From contig JAKFCW010000044.1 of NCBI GenBank assembly GCA_036676455.1, positions 1,212-65,211 of the forward strand: 64,000 nucleotides of DNA, written 5' to 3'. The notes beneath the pieces are model-generated. The model worked only from the letters and a program-made list of their open reading frames with translations, had not been told where the DNA came from and did no database searches. Of the stretch, positions 1-7,831 are shown one piece after another (position 1 is the stretch's first letter; each line of letters starts with the position of its first letter). The position numbers and the translations under genes are program-made. Source of the stretch: Candidatus Sericytochromatia bacterium (lineage in GTDB: Bacteria > Cyanobacteriota > Sericytochromatia > S15B-MN24 > UBA4093).

Positions 1-2
1 CA

Positions 3-779
3 ATGCTAGCTAAGGTGCTATTCGACGATGGCGACCACAAGTGGATCGTCCTGGCGCGCGACCCTGAGAAGCCCGATTCGGTCATCGACACCAACGAGTA
101 CATCATCGTCAGCCATGGGGACGCCTTGATCCTGGATCCCGGCGGCACGGAGGTCTTTCCCTCCGTCATGGCCGCCGCCTCGGATACCATCGACCTGGGC
201 CAGATCTCGACGTTCTTCGCGAGCCACCAGGATCCCGACGTCTTCTCGTCGCTGCCCCTTTGGCTGGGCATCTGCCCCCAGGCCAAGGCCCACATCCCCC
301 AGATCTGGACCGGCTTCCTCGCACACTTCGGGGTCGAGTACGTGCCCTCCTTCGTGCCGATTCCCGACGAGGGCGGTCCGCTTCCCATCGGTACCAAGGG
401 CAAGACCCTGGAGATGGTCCCAGCCCACTACTGCCACGCCTCCTCCAACTACTGCGTTTACGATCCGCACGCCAAGATTCTCTTCTCGGGCGATATCGGT
501 GCCGCCTTGCTCCCGGCGGATGCGCAGGACCTCTTCGTCCAGGACTTCGAACGGCACACCCAGTTCATGACGGGCTTCCATCAGCGCTGGATGCCCTCCA
601 ACGAGGCCAAGAACGCCTGGGTTCGTCGTGTCCGCCAGCTCGACGTGCAGATGCTCTGCCCCCAGCACGGCGCCATCTTCCGCGGCGAGCAGGTATCGCA
701 GTTCCTCGACTGGTTCGAGGCCCTCGAGGTCGGCATGGCGACGCGCTACAACGAGGCTGCTGCTCAGACGGAGCGATAG
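3..779 (+). CDS. MBL-fold metallo-hydrolase, ODP/FprA-N-terminal-like di-iron domain protein
   Basis: 258-aa ORF from ATG at 3. Beta-lactamase-fold metal-ligand region (FASHQDPDVF plus later H/D residues). GC-rich third codon positions. Followed by twin hairpins. Confidence 0.7.
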   Translation: MLAKVLFDDGDHKWIVLARDPEKPDSVIDTNEYIIVSHGDALILDPGGTEVFPSVMAAASDTIDLGQISTFFASHQDPDVFSSLPLWLGICPQAKAHIPQIWTGFLAHFGVEYVPSFVPIPDEGGPLPIGTKGKTLEMVPAHYCHASSNYCVYDPHAKILFSGDIGAALLPADAQDLFVQDFERHTQFMTGFHQRWMPSNEAKNAWVRRVRQLDVQMLCPQHGAIFRGEQVSQFLDWFEALEVGMATRYNEAAAQTER

Positions 780-794
780 CCCACCCCTACCGTC

Positions 795-840
795 ATTCCC
801 GCGAAAGCGGGAATCCACTGGTCCCCGTTTTCACGGGGAT
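795..840. repeat. Two adjacent REP-like stem-loops, probable bidirectional terminator
   Basis: ATTCCCGC-GAAA-GCGGGAAT (795-814) and GTCCCCGT-TTTC-ACGGGGAT (821-840) lie between the convergent genes 3-779(+) and 878-1708(-). Confidence 0.6.
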
Positions 841-877
841 GACGGGGGATGAGAGCGGGAGTGACGTTCAAGGGGCG

Positions 878-1708
878 CTATTCCGGGCCCAGTGCGCGCC
901 GGTGCTGAAGGCAGGGAAGCTGCTCGCGGACGGTCCGCAGGCGTTGGGGGTCGATCTTGGCGATCGCCAAGCCCGGCATGTCCCCGGTATCCGCCAGCAC
1001 GTGGCCCCAGGGATCGATCGCCAGCGCATGCCCGTAAGACATGCGCGTCGCGTGGTGCCGTCCCCCCTGGGCCGGAGCCAGCAGGTAGCAGGTGTTCTCG
1101 ATGGCCCGCGCCCGCAGCAGGACGTGCCAGTGATCCTGGCCGGTCTTGGTGAGGAAGGCCGCGGGCACCGTGAGGATGTCGGCTCCCATTTCCACCAGGG
1201 AGCGGTAATGCTCGGGGAAGCGCAGGTCGTAGCAAATCGACAGCCCCAGCTTGCCGAGCTCTCCGAGTTCGGCTATCACGGGCGAATCGCCCGGCTCGAC
1301 GGTTTCGGACTCGACGTAGGTGTTGCCGTCCCCGAAGTAGACGTCGAACATGTGCCGCTTCTGGTAGCGGGCAATCTCCTTCCCGTCGCGCCCGAAGACC
1401 ACGAGCACGTTGCGCACGCGCCGGGAGCCTTCGACCGGCGGAGCGATGACGCCCGCGTAGAGCACGACCTCATGCCGGGCGGCCTGCTCGCTTAGCCAGC
1501 TAAGGGCCCGCGGGTAGGTCGTCATGGCCTGTTCGGCGGTCTGGCGCGCGGACTCGGTGATCAGCGGGACATTCTCCGGCAGGCCGACGAGCTCGGCTCC
1601 GCGGCTGACGGCCTCGGCGATCAGGGCCTCGGCTTGCGCGAGGTTGGCCTCGAAGTCCGGCGTGCTCGTCATCTGGACGGCCGCCGCCAGGTAAGGGCGC
1701 GCGATCAT
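878..1708 (-). CDS. Carbon-nitrogen hydrolase (nitrilase superfamily, Nit/omega-amidase-like)
   Basis: C-terminal 276 aa of the 894-aa track ORF, starting MIARPYLAAAVQM at ATG 1708. E-K-C catalytic context (GLPENV, YQKRHMF, LSICYDLRFPE). ATGA overlap with the tmk stop. Confidence 0.85.
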   Translation of the reverse strand: MIARPYLAAAVQMTSTPDFEANLAQAEALIAEAVSRGAELVGLPENVPLITESARQTAEQAMTTYPRALSWLSEQAARHEVVLYAGVIAPPVEGSRRVRNVLVVFGRDGKEIARYQKRHMFDVYFGDGNTYVESETVEPGDSPVIAELGELGKLGLSICYDLRFPEHYRSLVEMGADILTVPAAFLTKTGQDHWHVLLRARAIENTCYLLAPAQGGRHHATRMSYGHALAIDPWGHVLADTGDMPGLAIAKIDPQRLRTVREQLPCLQHRRALGPE

Positions 1709-2340
1709 CGCGCGGCGGCCTTGAGGCGGTCCAGGAGGGGCGCCATGGCGTCCCAGATCTGTGCGCTCACGGCGTCCACGCTCTGCGTGGCGTCGATCCG
1801 GACCAGCCCCGGAGACTGGATGCCCTCGTAGATGGCCTCGACCTGCTTGAGGAAGTCCAGCTTCTCGTAGCCGACGTTGGTGCCGCCCTCGCGTCCTTCG
1901 GAGATGCGCCGGGTGCTGTCCTCCGGGGCGATCATGAAGAGCAGGGTGAGGTCGGGCGTGGGGAAGCGCTCCTCGTTCACGCGCTGGATCTTCGCCGCGT
2001 CCAGGCCCAGAGCGCCCTGGTAGGCGATGTTGGAGAAGTAGTAGCGGTCCATCAGGACGATCCCGCCACGGGACAGGACCGGGACGAGGGTGTCGTTGAC
2101 GTCGAGCTCGCGGTCCTTGAGGAAGAGGTCCAGCTCTTCTTCGGGGGTGATGCCGATGCGGCCCTCGCGGGCGATCTGCCGGATGCGCCGACCGTACTCG
2201 GAGTCGGTCGGTTCCTTGGTCAGGATGGCCTCGAAGCCCAGGTCCTGGAGGCGGCTCAGTAAGAGAGTCGCCTGGGTGGTCTTTCCAGCACCGTCCACAC
2301 CTTCGAAGGCCAGGAGGAGGCCTGGATACGAATGTTGCAT
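1705..2340 (-). CDS. tmk: Thymidylate kinase
   Basis: 211 aa. P-loop FEGVDGAGKTTQ and the DRY motif region (MDRYYFSNIAYQ). Confidence 0.9.
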   Translation of the reverse strand: MQHSYPGLLLAFEGVDGAGKTTQATLLLSRLQDLGFEAILTKEPTDSEYGRRIRQIAREGRIGITPEEELDLFLKDRELDVNDTLVPVLSRGGIVLMDRYYFSNIAYQGALGLDAAKIQRVNEERFPTPDLTLLFMIAPEDSTRRISEGREGGTNVGYEKLDFLKQVEAIYEGIQSPGLVRIDATQSVDAVSAQIWDAMAPLLDRLKAAAR

Positions 2341-2352
2341 GAAGTTCCTCGT

Positions 2353-3876
2353 CTAGTCGAACAGGTCCACGGGGTAGACGCAGACCCGGCGGTTCGGCTC
2401 CTCGCCGACCGATTGGCTCTTGAGTTGGTAGCGCTCCACCAGCTCGTGCTGGAGACGCCGGATGGGGGCCGAGCGCGGCTTCAGTTCGATGTTTCCCCCG
2501 CCCTCCAGGGCCTTGTCGATGGCCAGCCGGGCCTCCTTGAGGGCGTCGTCCTCGTCGGAGACGTACTGCACGTCCAGGTGCATGACCTCGCGCAGGCTCT
2601 TCTGGATCTGGGGAATGGTGTTGGCCTTGACGATGTAGACCGGAGTCTGGCGGTCCTCCGCATCCTGTAGGAGTCGGCCCGCGCTCTTCACGTAGGCCTT
2701 CAGGATCAGCATGGCGTCGGCATCCGAGAGGTTCTTGGTGATCTCGGCGGGCATCCTCAGGCTGCGGATCACCCGCTCGAGCTGCGAGCGGCTGACCGCG
2801 TAGGGGAAGATCCGGATCTTGGCGCCGGCCGCCTTCACGATGTTGGAGACGTGGTGCGAGGCGTCCGAGAGGGGCTCCTTGAGCACCTCGATCCGGCCGT
2901 CCTCGGTGAGCTGGCGCGTCTCGGGGTTGGGCATGTAGCCGCGCAGCATCTGGTCGACCGTCTCGGCCACGTCCGAGTGGACGGCCAGGCGATCGCGGTC
3001 CTGGATCTCGACCGCGATGTCGAAGGTCGGAGGCGCTTTGCGCTCCAGGATGCTCTTCTGGGTGCCGCGCCGGCGCGCCTCCTCGTCCGAGAGGGTCACC
3101 GACTGGATGCCGCCCACGAGGTCCGACAGCGTGGGGTTCATCAGGAGGTTCTCGAGCGAGTTGCCGTGCGCGGTTCCGATCAACTGTACCCCGCGCTCGG
3201 CGATGGTGCGGGCCGCCAGGGCCTCCTGCTCGGTGCCGATCTCGTCGATGACGATCACCTCGGGCATGTGGTTCTCGACGGCCTCGATCATCACGGCGTG
3301 CTGCAGGGCCGGGGTCGGCACCTGCATGCGGCGGGCCCGGCCGATGGCCGGATGCGGGATGTCGCCGTCGCCGGCGATCTCGTTGGAGGTGTCGATCACG
3401 ACCACCCGCTTGCCCAGGTCGGTGGAGAGCACCCGGGCGATCTCGCGGAGCTTGGTGGTCTTGCCGATGCCCGGCCTGCCCAGCATGAGGAGGCTGCGGC
3501 CGGATTCGACGAGGTCGCGGATCATGTCGATGGTGCCGCCGATGGCGCGCCCCACCCGGCACGTGAGCCCGATGATCTCGCCCTGGCGGTTGCGGATGCA
3601 GGAGATGCGGTGCAGGGTGGCCTCGATGCCCGCGCGGTTGTCCCCCGAGAACGTGCCGACCCGGCCCACGGCATGCGCCAGGTCCTCGCGGGTGACGGGC
3701 GTCTTGCCGATGTCCTCGGAGCCCTCCGCGAAACGCGCCTCGGGGACCCGTCCCAGGTCCATCACGACTTCGACCAGGTCCTCGAGGTGAGGCTTGCTGC
3801 GCAAAGTGTCCGCCACCTCCGCCGGGAGGATCGCCAGTAGCTGGGTGAGGTTGTCCGTGGTGTTCTGAGCAGACAT
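2353..3876 (-). CDS. AAA ATPase with C-terminal R3H-like nucleic-acid-binding region (Ycf45/SpoIIIAA-like)
   Basis: Start taken at MSAQNTT (ATG 3876), preceded by GGAGG. Walker A GRPGIGKTT, Walker B VIVIDEIG. The upstream 19 codons of the track ORF lack an RBS. Confidence 0.8.
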   Translation of the reverse strand: MSAQNTTDNLTQLLAILPAEVADTLRSKPHLEDLVEVVMDLGRVPEARFAEGSEDIGKTPVTREDLAHAVGRVGTFSGDNRAGIEATLHRISCIRNRQGEIIGLTCRVGRAIGGTIDMIRDLVESGRSLLMLGRPGIGKTTKLREIARVLSTDLGKRVVVIDTSNEIAGDGDIPHPAIGRARRMQVPTPALQHAVMIEAVENHMPEVIVIDEIGTEQEALAARTIAERGVQLIGTAHGNSLENLLMNPTLSDLVGGIQSVTLSDEEARRRGTQKSILERKAPPTFDIAVEIQDRDRLAVHSDVAETVDQMLRGYMPNPETRQLTEDGRIEVLKEPLSDASHHVSNIVKAAGAKIRIFPYAVSRSQLERVIRSLRMPAEITKNLSDADAMLILKAYVKSAGRLLQDAEDRQTPVYIVKANTIPQIQKSLREVMHLDVQYVSDEDDALKEARLAIDKALEGGGNIELKPRSAPIRRLQHELVERYQLKSQSVGEEPNRRVCVYPVDLFD

Positions 3877-3877
3877 G

Positions 3878-4891
3878 CTAGACCTCCTCTGATTCCACCT
3901 CGGGATCCACCGTTGAAACCAAGCGGCGGGCACGTTCGACGTCCGCGATGACTGCTTCGTCGCTCGGCGGCGTCTCGATTTTGGCCCTCATTATACTACG
4001 CGCGAAGCTCCCCATCCCGACTCCCGCCAGGGGAATCCGCGATTCGCGCGCCAGCGGCCCCGTCCAGTCATTGGCGCCTCCCGCAGCCTGGATGGCTGCC
4101 GGCACACGGGCCTCGAGCAGGGCCTGGGCGAAGTGCAGCGCAGGCTCGGTGGAGGCCTTGCCCTTGGCCCCGCTGATGGGACGGCCGTCCGCCTGCACGA
4201 TGATCCGCACGCCCTCGAACCAGTCCGCCACCTCGCGGGCCAGGTCGACGGCCTCGGCGACGCTCAGCTGCTCGTTGTTGAGGCTGAGCGCGAAGAGGCC
4301 GCCGCGCCGTTGCCATTCCTGGCAAGGCTCCTTCCAGGCGAGCAACTCGGCGCGATCACCCCCACCCGTGTGCAGCTCCAGGGCCCGCGCGCCTTCTTGC
4401 CAGAGTGCGTCGAGGGACGGAGCGAAGGGGCGGTGTTCCATGGCGATCGCCGAATGCGGGCACGCCGGCACGCAGAGCGTGCAGCCCACGCAGCGATCCT
4501 CGAGGATGGTGAGATCCAGCGCGATCGCCTCGTGCGGACAGGCCTCCAGGCAGTACGGGCAGGCCCAGGTGCAAGCCTCCGCGTCCTTGACGGCGATCCC
4601 GCAATGCGGATCGTCGGAGGCCGTCACCGAGGTCATGACCACCGGGAACGGATCCGCTGGCAGCCTCCATGGTCCCGGCTGCCGTTCGGCGCGCCGTCGC
4701 GCTGCGGCGATGCCGTCGCGGGCCGCGCGGATGGCCTCGGGGGTGGCCGCCACGTCAATCAGACGCGCGCCGGCCAGGGCGTAGACCTCGCTGAGGTAGG
4801 CGAGATGCGGGTAGTCGGTGAAGTTGGCTCCGCAGATCAGCTTGAAGTATGGCTGGGGGGAAGCCAGAAGGGGGTGAAGGGTCACGCTCAC
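3878..4891 (-). CDS. ldpA: LdpA-like iron-sulfur protein (two 4Fe-4S ferredoxin-type motifs)
   Basis: 337 aa with a GTG start overlapping the upstream stop (GTGA). Cys motifs CTWACPYCLEACP and CVGCTLCVPACP, followed by a long C-terminal domain as in cyanobacterial LdpA. Confidence 0.65.
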   Translation of the reverse strand: MSVTLHPLLASPQPYFKLICGANFTDYPHLAYLSEVYALAGARLIDVAATPEAIRAARDGIAAARRRAERQPGPWRLPADPFPVVMTSVTASDDPHCGIAVKDAEACTWACPYCLEACPHEAIALDLTILEDRCVGCTLCVPACPHSAIAMEHRPFAPSLDALWQEGARALELHTGGGDRAELLAWKEPCQEWQRRGGLFALSLNNEQLSVAEAVDLAREVADWFEGVRIIVQADGRPISGAKGKASTEPALHFAQALLEARVPAAIQAAGGANDWTGPLARESRIPLAGVGMGSFARSIMRAKIETPPSDEAVIADVERARRLVSTVDPEVESEEV

Positions 4892-6399
4892 ACCACGATC
4901 CGAATCGTCGAAAGGTCAGGATCCGCTGGGCCTGCTATCTGGGCGCCCAGCGCCCGCAAGCCATCCACGTATTCTACCACTTCCAGGGTGATTCGCTCGC
5001 CGGGAACCAGTGCCGGCGTGCCTGGAGGGTAGGGGCAGACGAGCTCGGCCGCGATCTGGCCCACGGAGTCCTCCCATGGCACGGGGCGGCTCTCGGCGAA
5101 GTAGGCCTCGCGAGGCAGCAGGACGCGCGGAGGAAGCGGAGGCATTGGCGGGTCGCTCGGGGGCTCGAGGGGGGGCGTGGCCTCCGAAGCCAGGGCCTCG
5201 AAGGCGGCGACGAGCGCCTCGAGGTCCTGCTCACGGGTTCCCGGTCCCATGAAGGCCACGACGTGCCGATGGGTGGCATGCTCGATGATCACCCCTCGCT
5301 CGGCCAGGAGGTCGGCGGCTTCGTACCCGTCCAGGCTGAGGCCTGCGACGTCGATGCCGATCTTGAGGGGATCTCCGGGGGGGAGCAAGCGCAGACCAGG
5401 CATGTCGGCGAGGCGTGCGCGGGCTTGCGCAGCCCAACCAAGAGGCTTTTCCCAGCGCGCGGCGGGGGCCATGGCTTCGTGGCGGCGGGCGGCGTCGAGG
5501 CTGGCGAGCACGAGGTAGGAGGGGCTGGTGGTCTGGAGGAGGCTGAGGGCGCTTTGCACCCGGGACGAGCGCAGGCGCGTACCCTTGAGGTGAAGCATGG
5601 CACCCGGCGTGAGGGCTCCGAGCATCTTGTGGGTGGATTGCACCACGGCATCTGCCCCCTGGGACAGGGCCGACGGTGGAAGCGCGGCATGCAGGCCGAG
5701 ATGGGCGCCATGGGCCTCGTCGACCAGCAGGACGGCGCCGGCTTCGTGGACGCATGCGGCGTAGCTTGCGAGGTCGAAGACGTCGCCGGCGTAGCTGGGT
5801 CGGGTCAGCAGGACGGCCTTGGGGCGGTGAGTGGCGATCGCCTCTGAGAGCGCGGCGAGGTCGGGCGGGCCCCAGGTTCCGTGCCCCTTGGGGGCGAGGG
5901 AGACGTAAGCGGGCGCGGCGCCCGCCATGATCAGGCCGCCGAGGGCGCTCATATGGGCGTCGCGCGGCAGGATGACCGTGTCGCCCGGGTTGCAGGCCGC
6001 CAGGATCATGGCCTGCACGCCGACCGTCGAGCCGCCGACCAGGAAGAAGGTCCGATCGGCTTTCCAGAGCTGGGCGGCGAGGGCCTGGGCTTCTGCGATG
6101 GCGCCGGTCGGCGAGTGCAGGGAGTCGAGCCCGTCCAGCTCGGTCAGGTCGAGCTTGGCTGCGGTGGCGAGCCACGGAGCCAGCACGGGGTCGAGCCCGA
6201 GGCCTCCCTTGTGGCCGGGTACGTGAAGCGGGATGGCTGGGTGGTCGAGGTGGCGCAGCAGGGCCTCGACCAGGGGGGCCGAGTGCGGGGGAATCAGTAC
6301 TGGATCTCTCCCTCGGCGAAGGTGAAGGTCTTGCCGAAGAGGGAGCGCTCCAGGCGCAGGACCTTGCGGTTGAGCATCATGACCACGCCGATGTTGCAC
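4888..6399 (-). CDS. Orn/Lys/Arg decarboxylase family PLP enzyme (YaaO/SpeA fold-I type); start codon uncertain
   Basis: PLP-lysine motif QSTHKML and the HVPGHKGG N-terminal motif. The only canonical in-frame start is GTG 6399, which overlaps fapA by 105 nt. The conserved N-terminus begins near 6297 (CTG). Confidence 0.8.
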   Translation of the reverse strand: MQHRRGHDAQPQGPAPGALPLRQDLHLRRGRDPVLIPPHSAPLVEALLRHLDHPAIPLHVPGHKGGLGLDPVLAPWLATAAKLDLTELDGLDSLHSPTGAIAEAQALAAQLWKADRTFFLVGGSTVGVQAMILAACNPGDTVILPRDAHMSALGGLIMAGAAPAYVSLAPKGHGTWGPPDLAALSEAIATHRPKAVLLTRPSYAGDVFDLASYAACVHEAGAVLLVDEAHGAHLGLHAALPPSALSQGADAVVQSTHKMLGALTPGAMLHLKGTRLRSSRVQSALSLLQTTSPSYLVLASLDAARRHEAMAPAARWEKPLGWAAQARARLADMPGLRLLPPGDPLKIGIDVAGLSLDGYEAADLLAERGVIIEHATHRHVVAFMGPGTREQDLEALVAAFEALASEATPPLEPPSDPPMPPLPPRVLLPREAYFAESRPVPWEDSVGQIAAELVCPYPPGTPALVPGERITLEVVEYVDGLRALGAQIAGPADPDLSTIRIVV

Positions 6400-7634
6400 T
6401 CGCTCTTGACGATCACCTTGGGCGCCGGCAGTTCTTCGTGCTCGGATTCCAGCTCGATGATCTGCTGGCGAATCTGGGCGAGGCGCAGGCTCATGTTGAC
6501 CTTCTGGGGCATGAGGCGCTGCAGGTTGAAGGGACCGTCCTGGGGTGGGTTCGCCATGACCGTCTTGATGAGGCTCGTGATCTCGTCCAGGTCGATCATG
6601 AGCTGGGCTTCCTCGGCCCGGAGCTGGTCGAGCAGGTCGTCGGGCGGATCCTGGTTGATCTCGATGCGCGTCGGGGTCTCGTGGAGGGTGCCCAGGGAGT
6701 TGGCCTGGACGAGCTCTCCGGCCTTGGTCACGCCCCCGATCAGGTGGCCGCCGACCAAGACGCGCTTGCCGGCGCTGAGGGTGGAGTGGAGGGCGTCGGA
6801 CTGGATGATGACGTCCCGGCGTGCCGTGAGGGTGGACTCCGAGTCCACGAAGCGGGCCGTCACGTCGTTCTGGGCCTCGATGGTCGAGTGGTTGCGGACC
6901 CCGCCCTTGATGATGACCGAGCCGCCGGACTGGATCACGCCGCCCTCGACGTAGCCGCGGACCTCGATGTCCTCGGTGGCGCGGATGGTGAAGCCGGCGT
7001 TGACGCCGCCCTTGACGATGACAGAGCCCTGGAAGTTGATGTTACCAACGGAGAAGTCGACCTCGTCGACGGTGAAGACCGGTCGGACCGAGATGCGGTT
7101 GCGCTCGAGGGTGGGCACGCCGGTCACGACGGCCACGGCCTCGAGCTTGTCATGGGAAAGTTCGACGTTCTTGCCGGCGAGGAGGTGGACCTCCTTGATG
7201 GCCGGAGCGGGAATGGGCTGGCCGGTCACGGCCGTGCCCGGGGTGCCGGCGACGCCAGGGATCTTGCGGGCGAGGACCTGGCCCTCGACCACGTTCTGGA
7301 TGACGGAGCCCTCGCGGTAATCCACCCGGCCGGATTTCTCGACGACGGGGCCGACGTTGATCGGCTCGGCCGAGAAGTAGTACTCGATGCGGGCGGGAGT
7401 CCCGGGAGTCGGAGGGGTCCCGCGCGCCACCAGCAGTCCATCGCTCGGCGGATCGGAGGCCAGCTGGGCAATCGCCGCCTGATCGATGCCGGTGACCACC
7501 CCATTTTGATGCAGGGCCGTGACGAGATCGTCGATCGGAACAGGCATGGGAGGCACCACCCGCATCCAGGCTTCGAGGCCTTTTTGCAGGATCTGGACCT
7601 TGATGGCGGCTTTGTAGGATTGCGTGGTCTCCAA
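6294..7634 (-). CDS. FapA-family (DUF342) protein
   Basis: 446 aa, TTG start with AAGGAA RBS. Beta-solenoid-like repeats (GSVIVKGGVNAG, GGSVIIKGGVRN) and a C-terminal coiled-coil segment. Confidence 0.75.
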   Translation of the reverse strand: METTQSYKAAIKVQILQKGLEAWMRVVPPMPVPIDDLVTALHQNGVVTGIDQAAIAQLASDPPSDGLLVARGTPPTPGTPARIEYYFSAEPINVGPVVEKSGRVDYREGSVIQNVVEGQVLARKIPGVAGTPGTAVTGQPIPAPAIKEVHLLAGKNVELSHDKLEAVAVVTGVPTLERNRISVRPVFTVDEVDFSVGNINFQGSVIVKGGVNAGFTIRATEDIEVRGYVEGGVIQSGGSVIIKGGVRNHSTIEAQNDVTARFVDSESTLTARRDVIIQSDALHSTLSAGKRVLVGGHLIGGVTKAGELVQANSLGTLHETPTRIEINQDPPDDLLDQLRAEEAQLMIDLDEITSLIKTVMANPPQDGPFNLQRLMPQKVNMSLRLAQIRQQIIELESEHEELPAPKVIVKSECNIGVVMMLNRKVLRLERSLFGKTFTFAEGEIQY

Positions 7635-7831
7635 GTCAACGTTCCTTAGTTATGCGCGCGGTCGGGCGCGCGATGTCGCCTACCGTGGAGGCTTGAAACA
7701 GGGCGCTCAGCGCTCCCGATTCGACCCCCGAACTTTTGGACCTCGGTGTCGCCGAGGTTCGACGTCCCCATTATACCCGGTAGACGACATTTCGGGGCAC
7801 GCGAGCGTTGCTATTTCAAGATTGAATTGCG

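Noticed and set aside
1709-3562. N-terminal 618 aa of the 894-aa track ORF 878-3562(-)
   Set aside because: It is Arg/Pro/Gly/His-rich and low in complexity. It runs off-frame through the well-supported tmk and R3H-ATPase genes on the same strand. Only the last 276 aa (nitrilase, from ATG 1708) look like a real protein.
7635-7831. Possible T-box or other leader upstream of the aminoacyl-tRNA synthetase genes (argS, alaS, valS)
   Set aside because: argS follows DUF1934 with a 7-nt gap. The alaS and valS upstream regions are only about 100 nt, and I could not find a specifier or T-box sequence. The 197-nt spacer at 7635-7831 lies downstream of argS and shows only weak hairpins and an isolated TATAAT (minus strand, 7770-7775).
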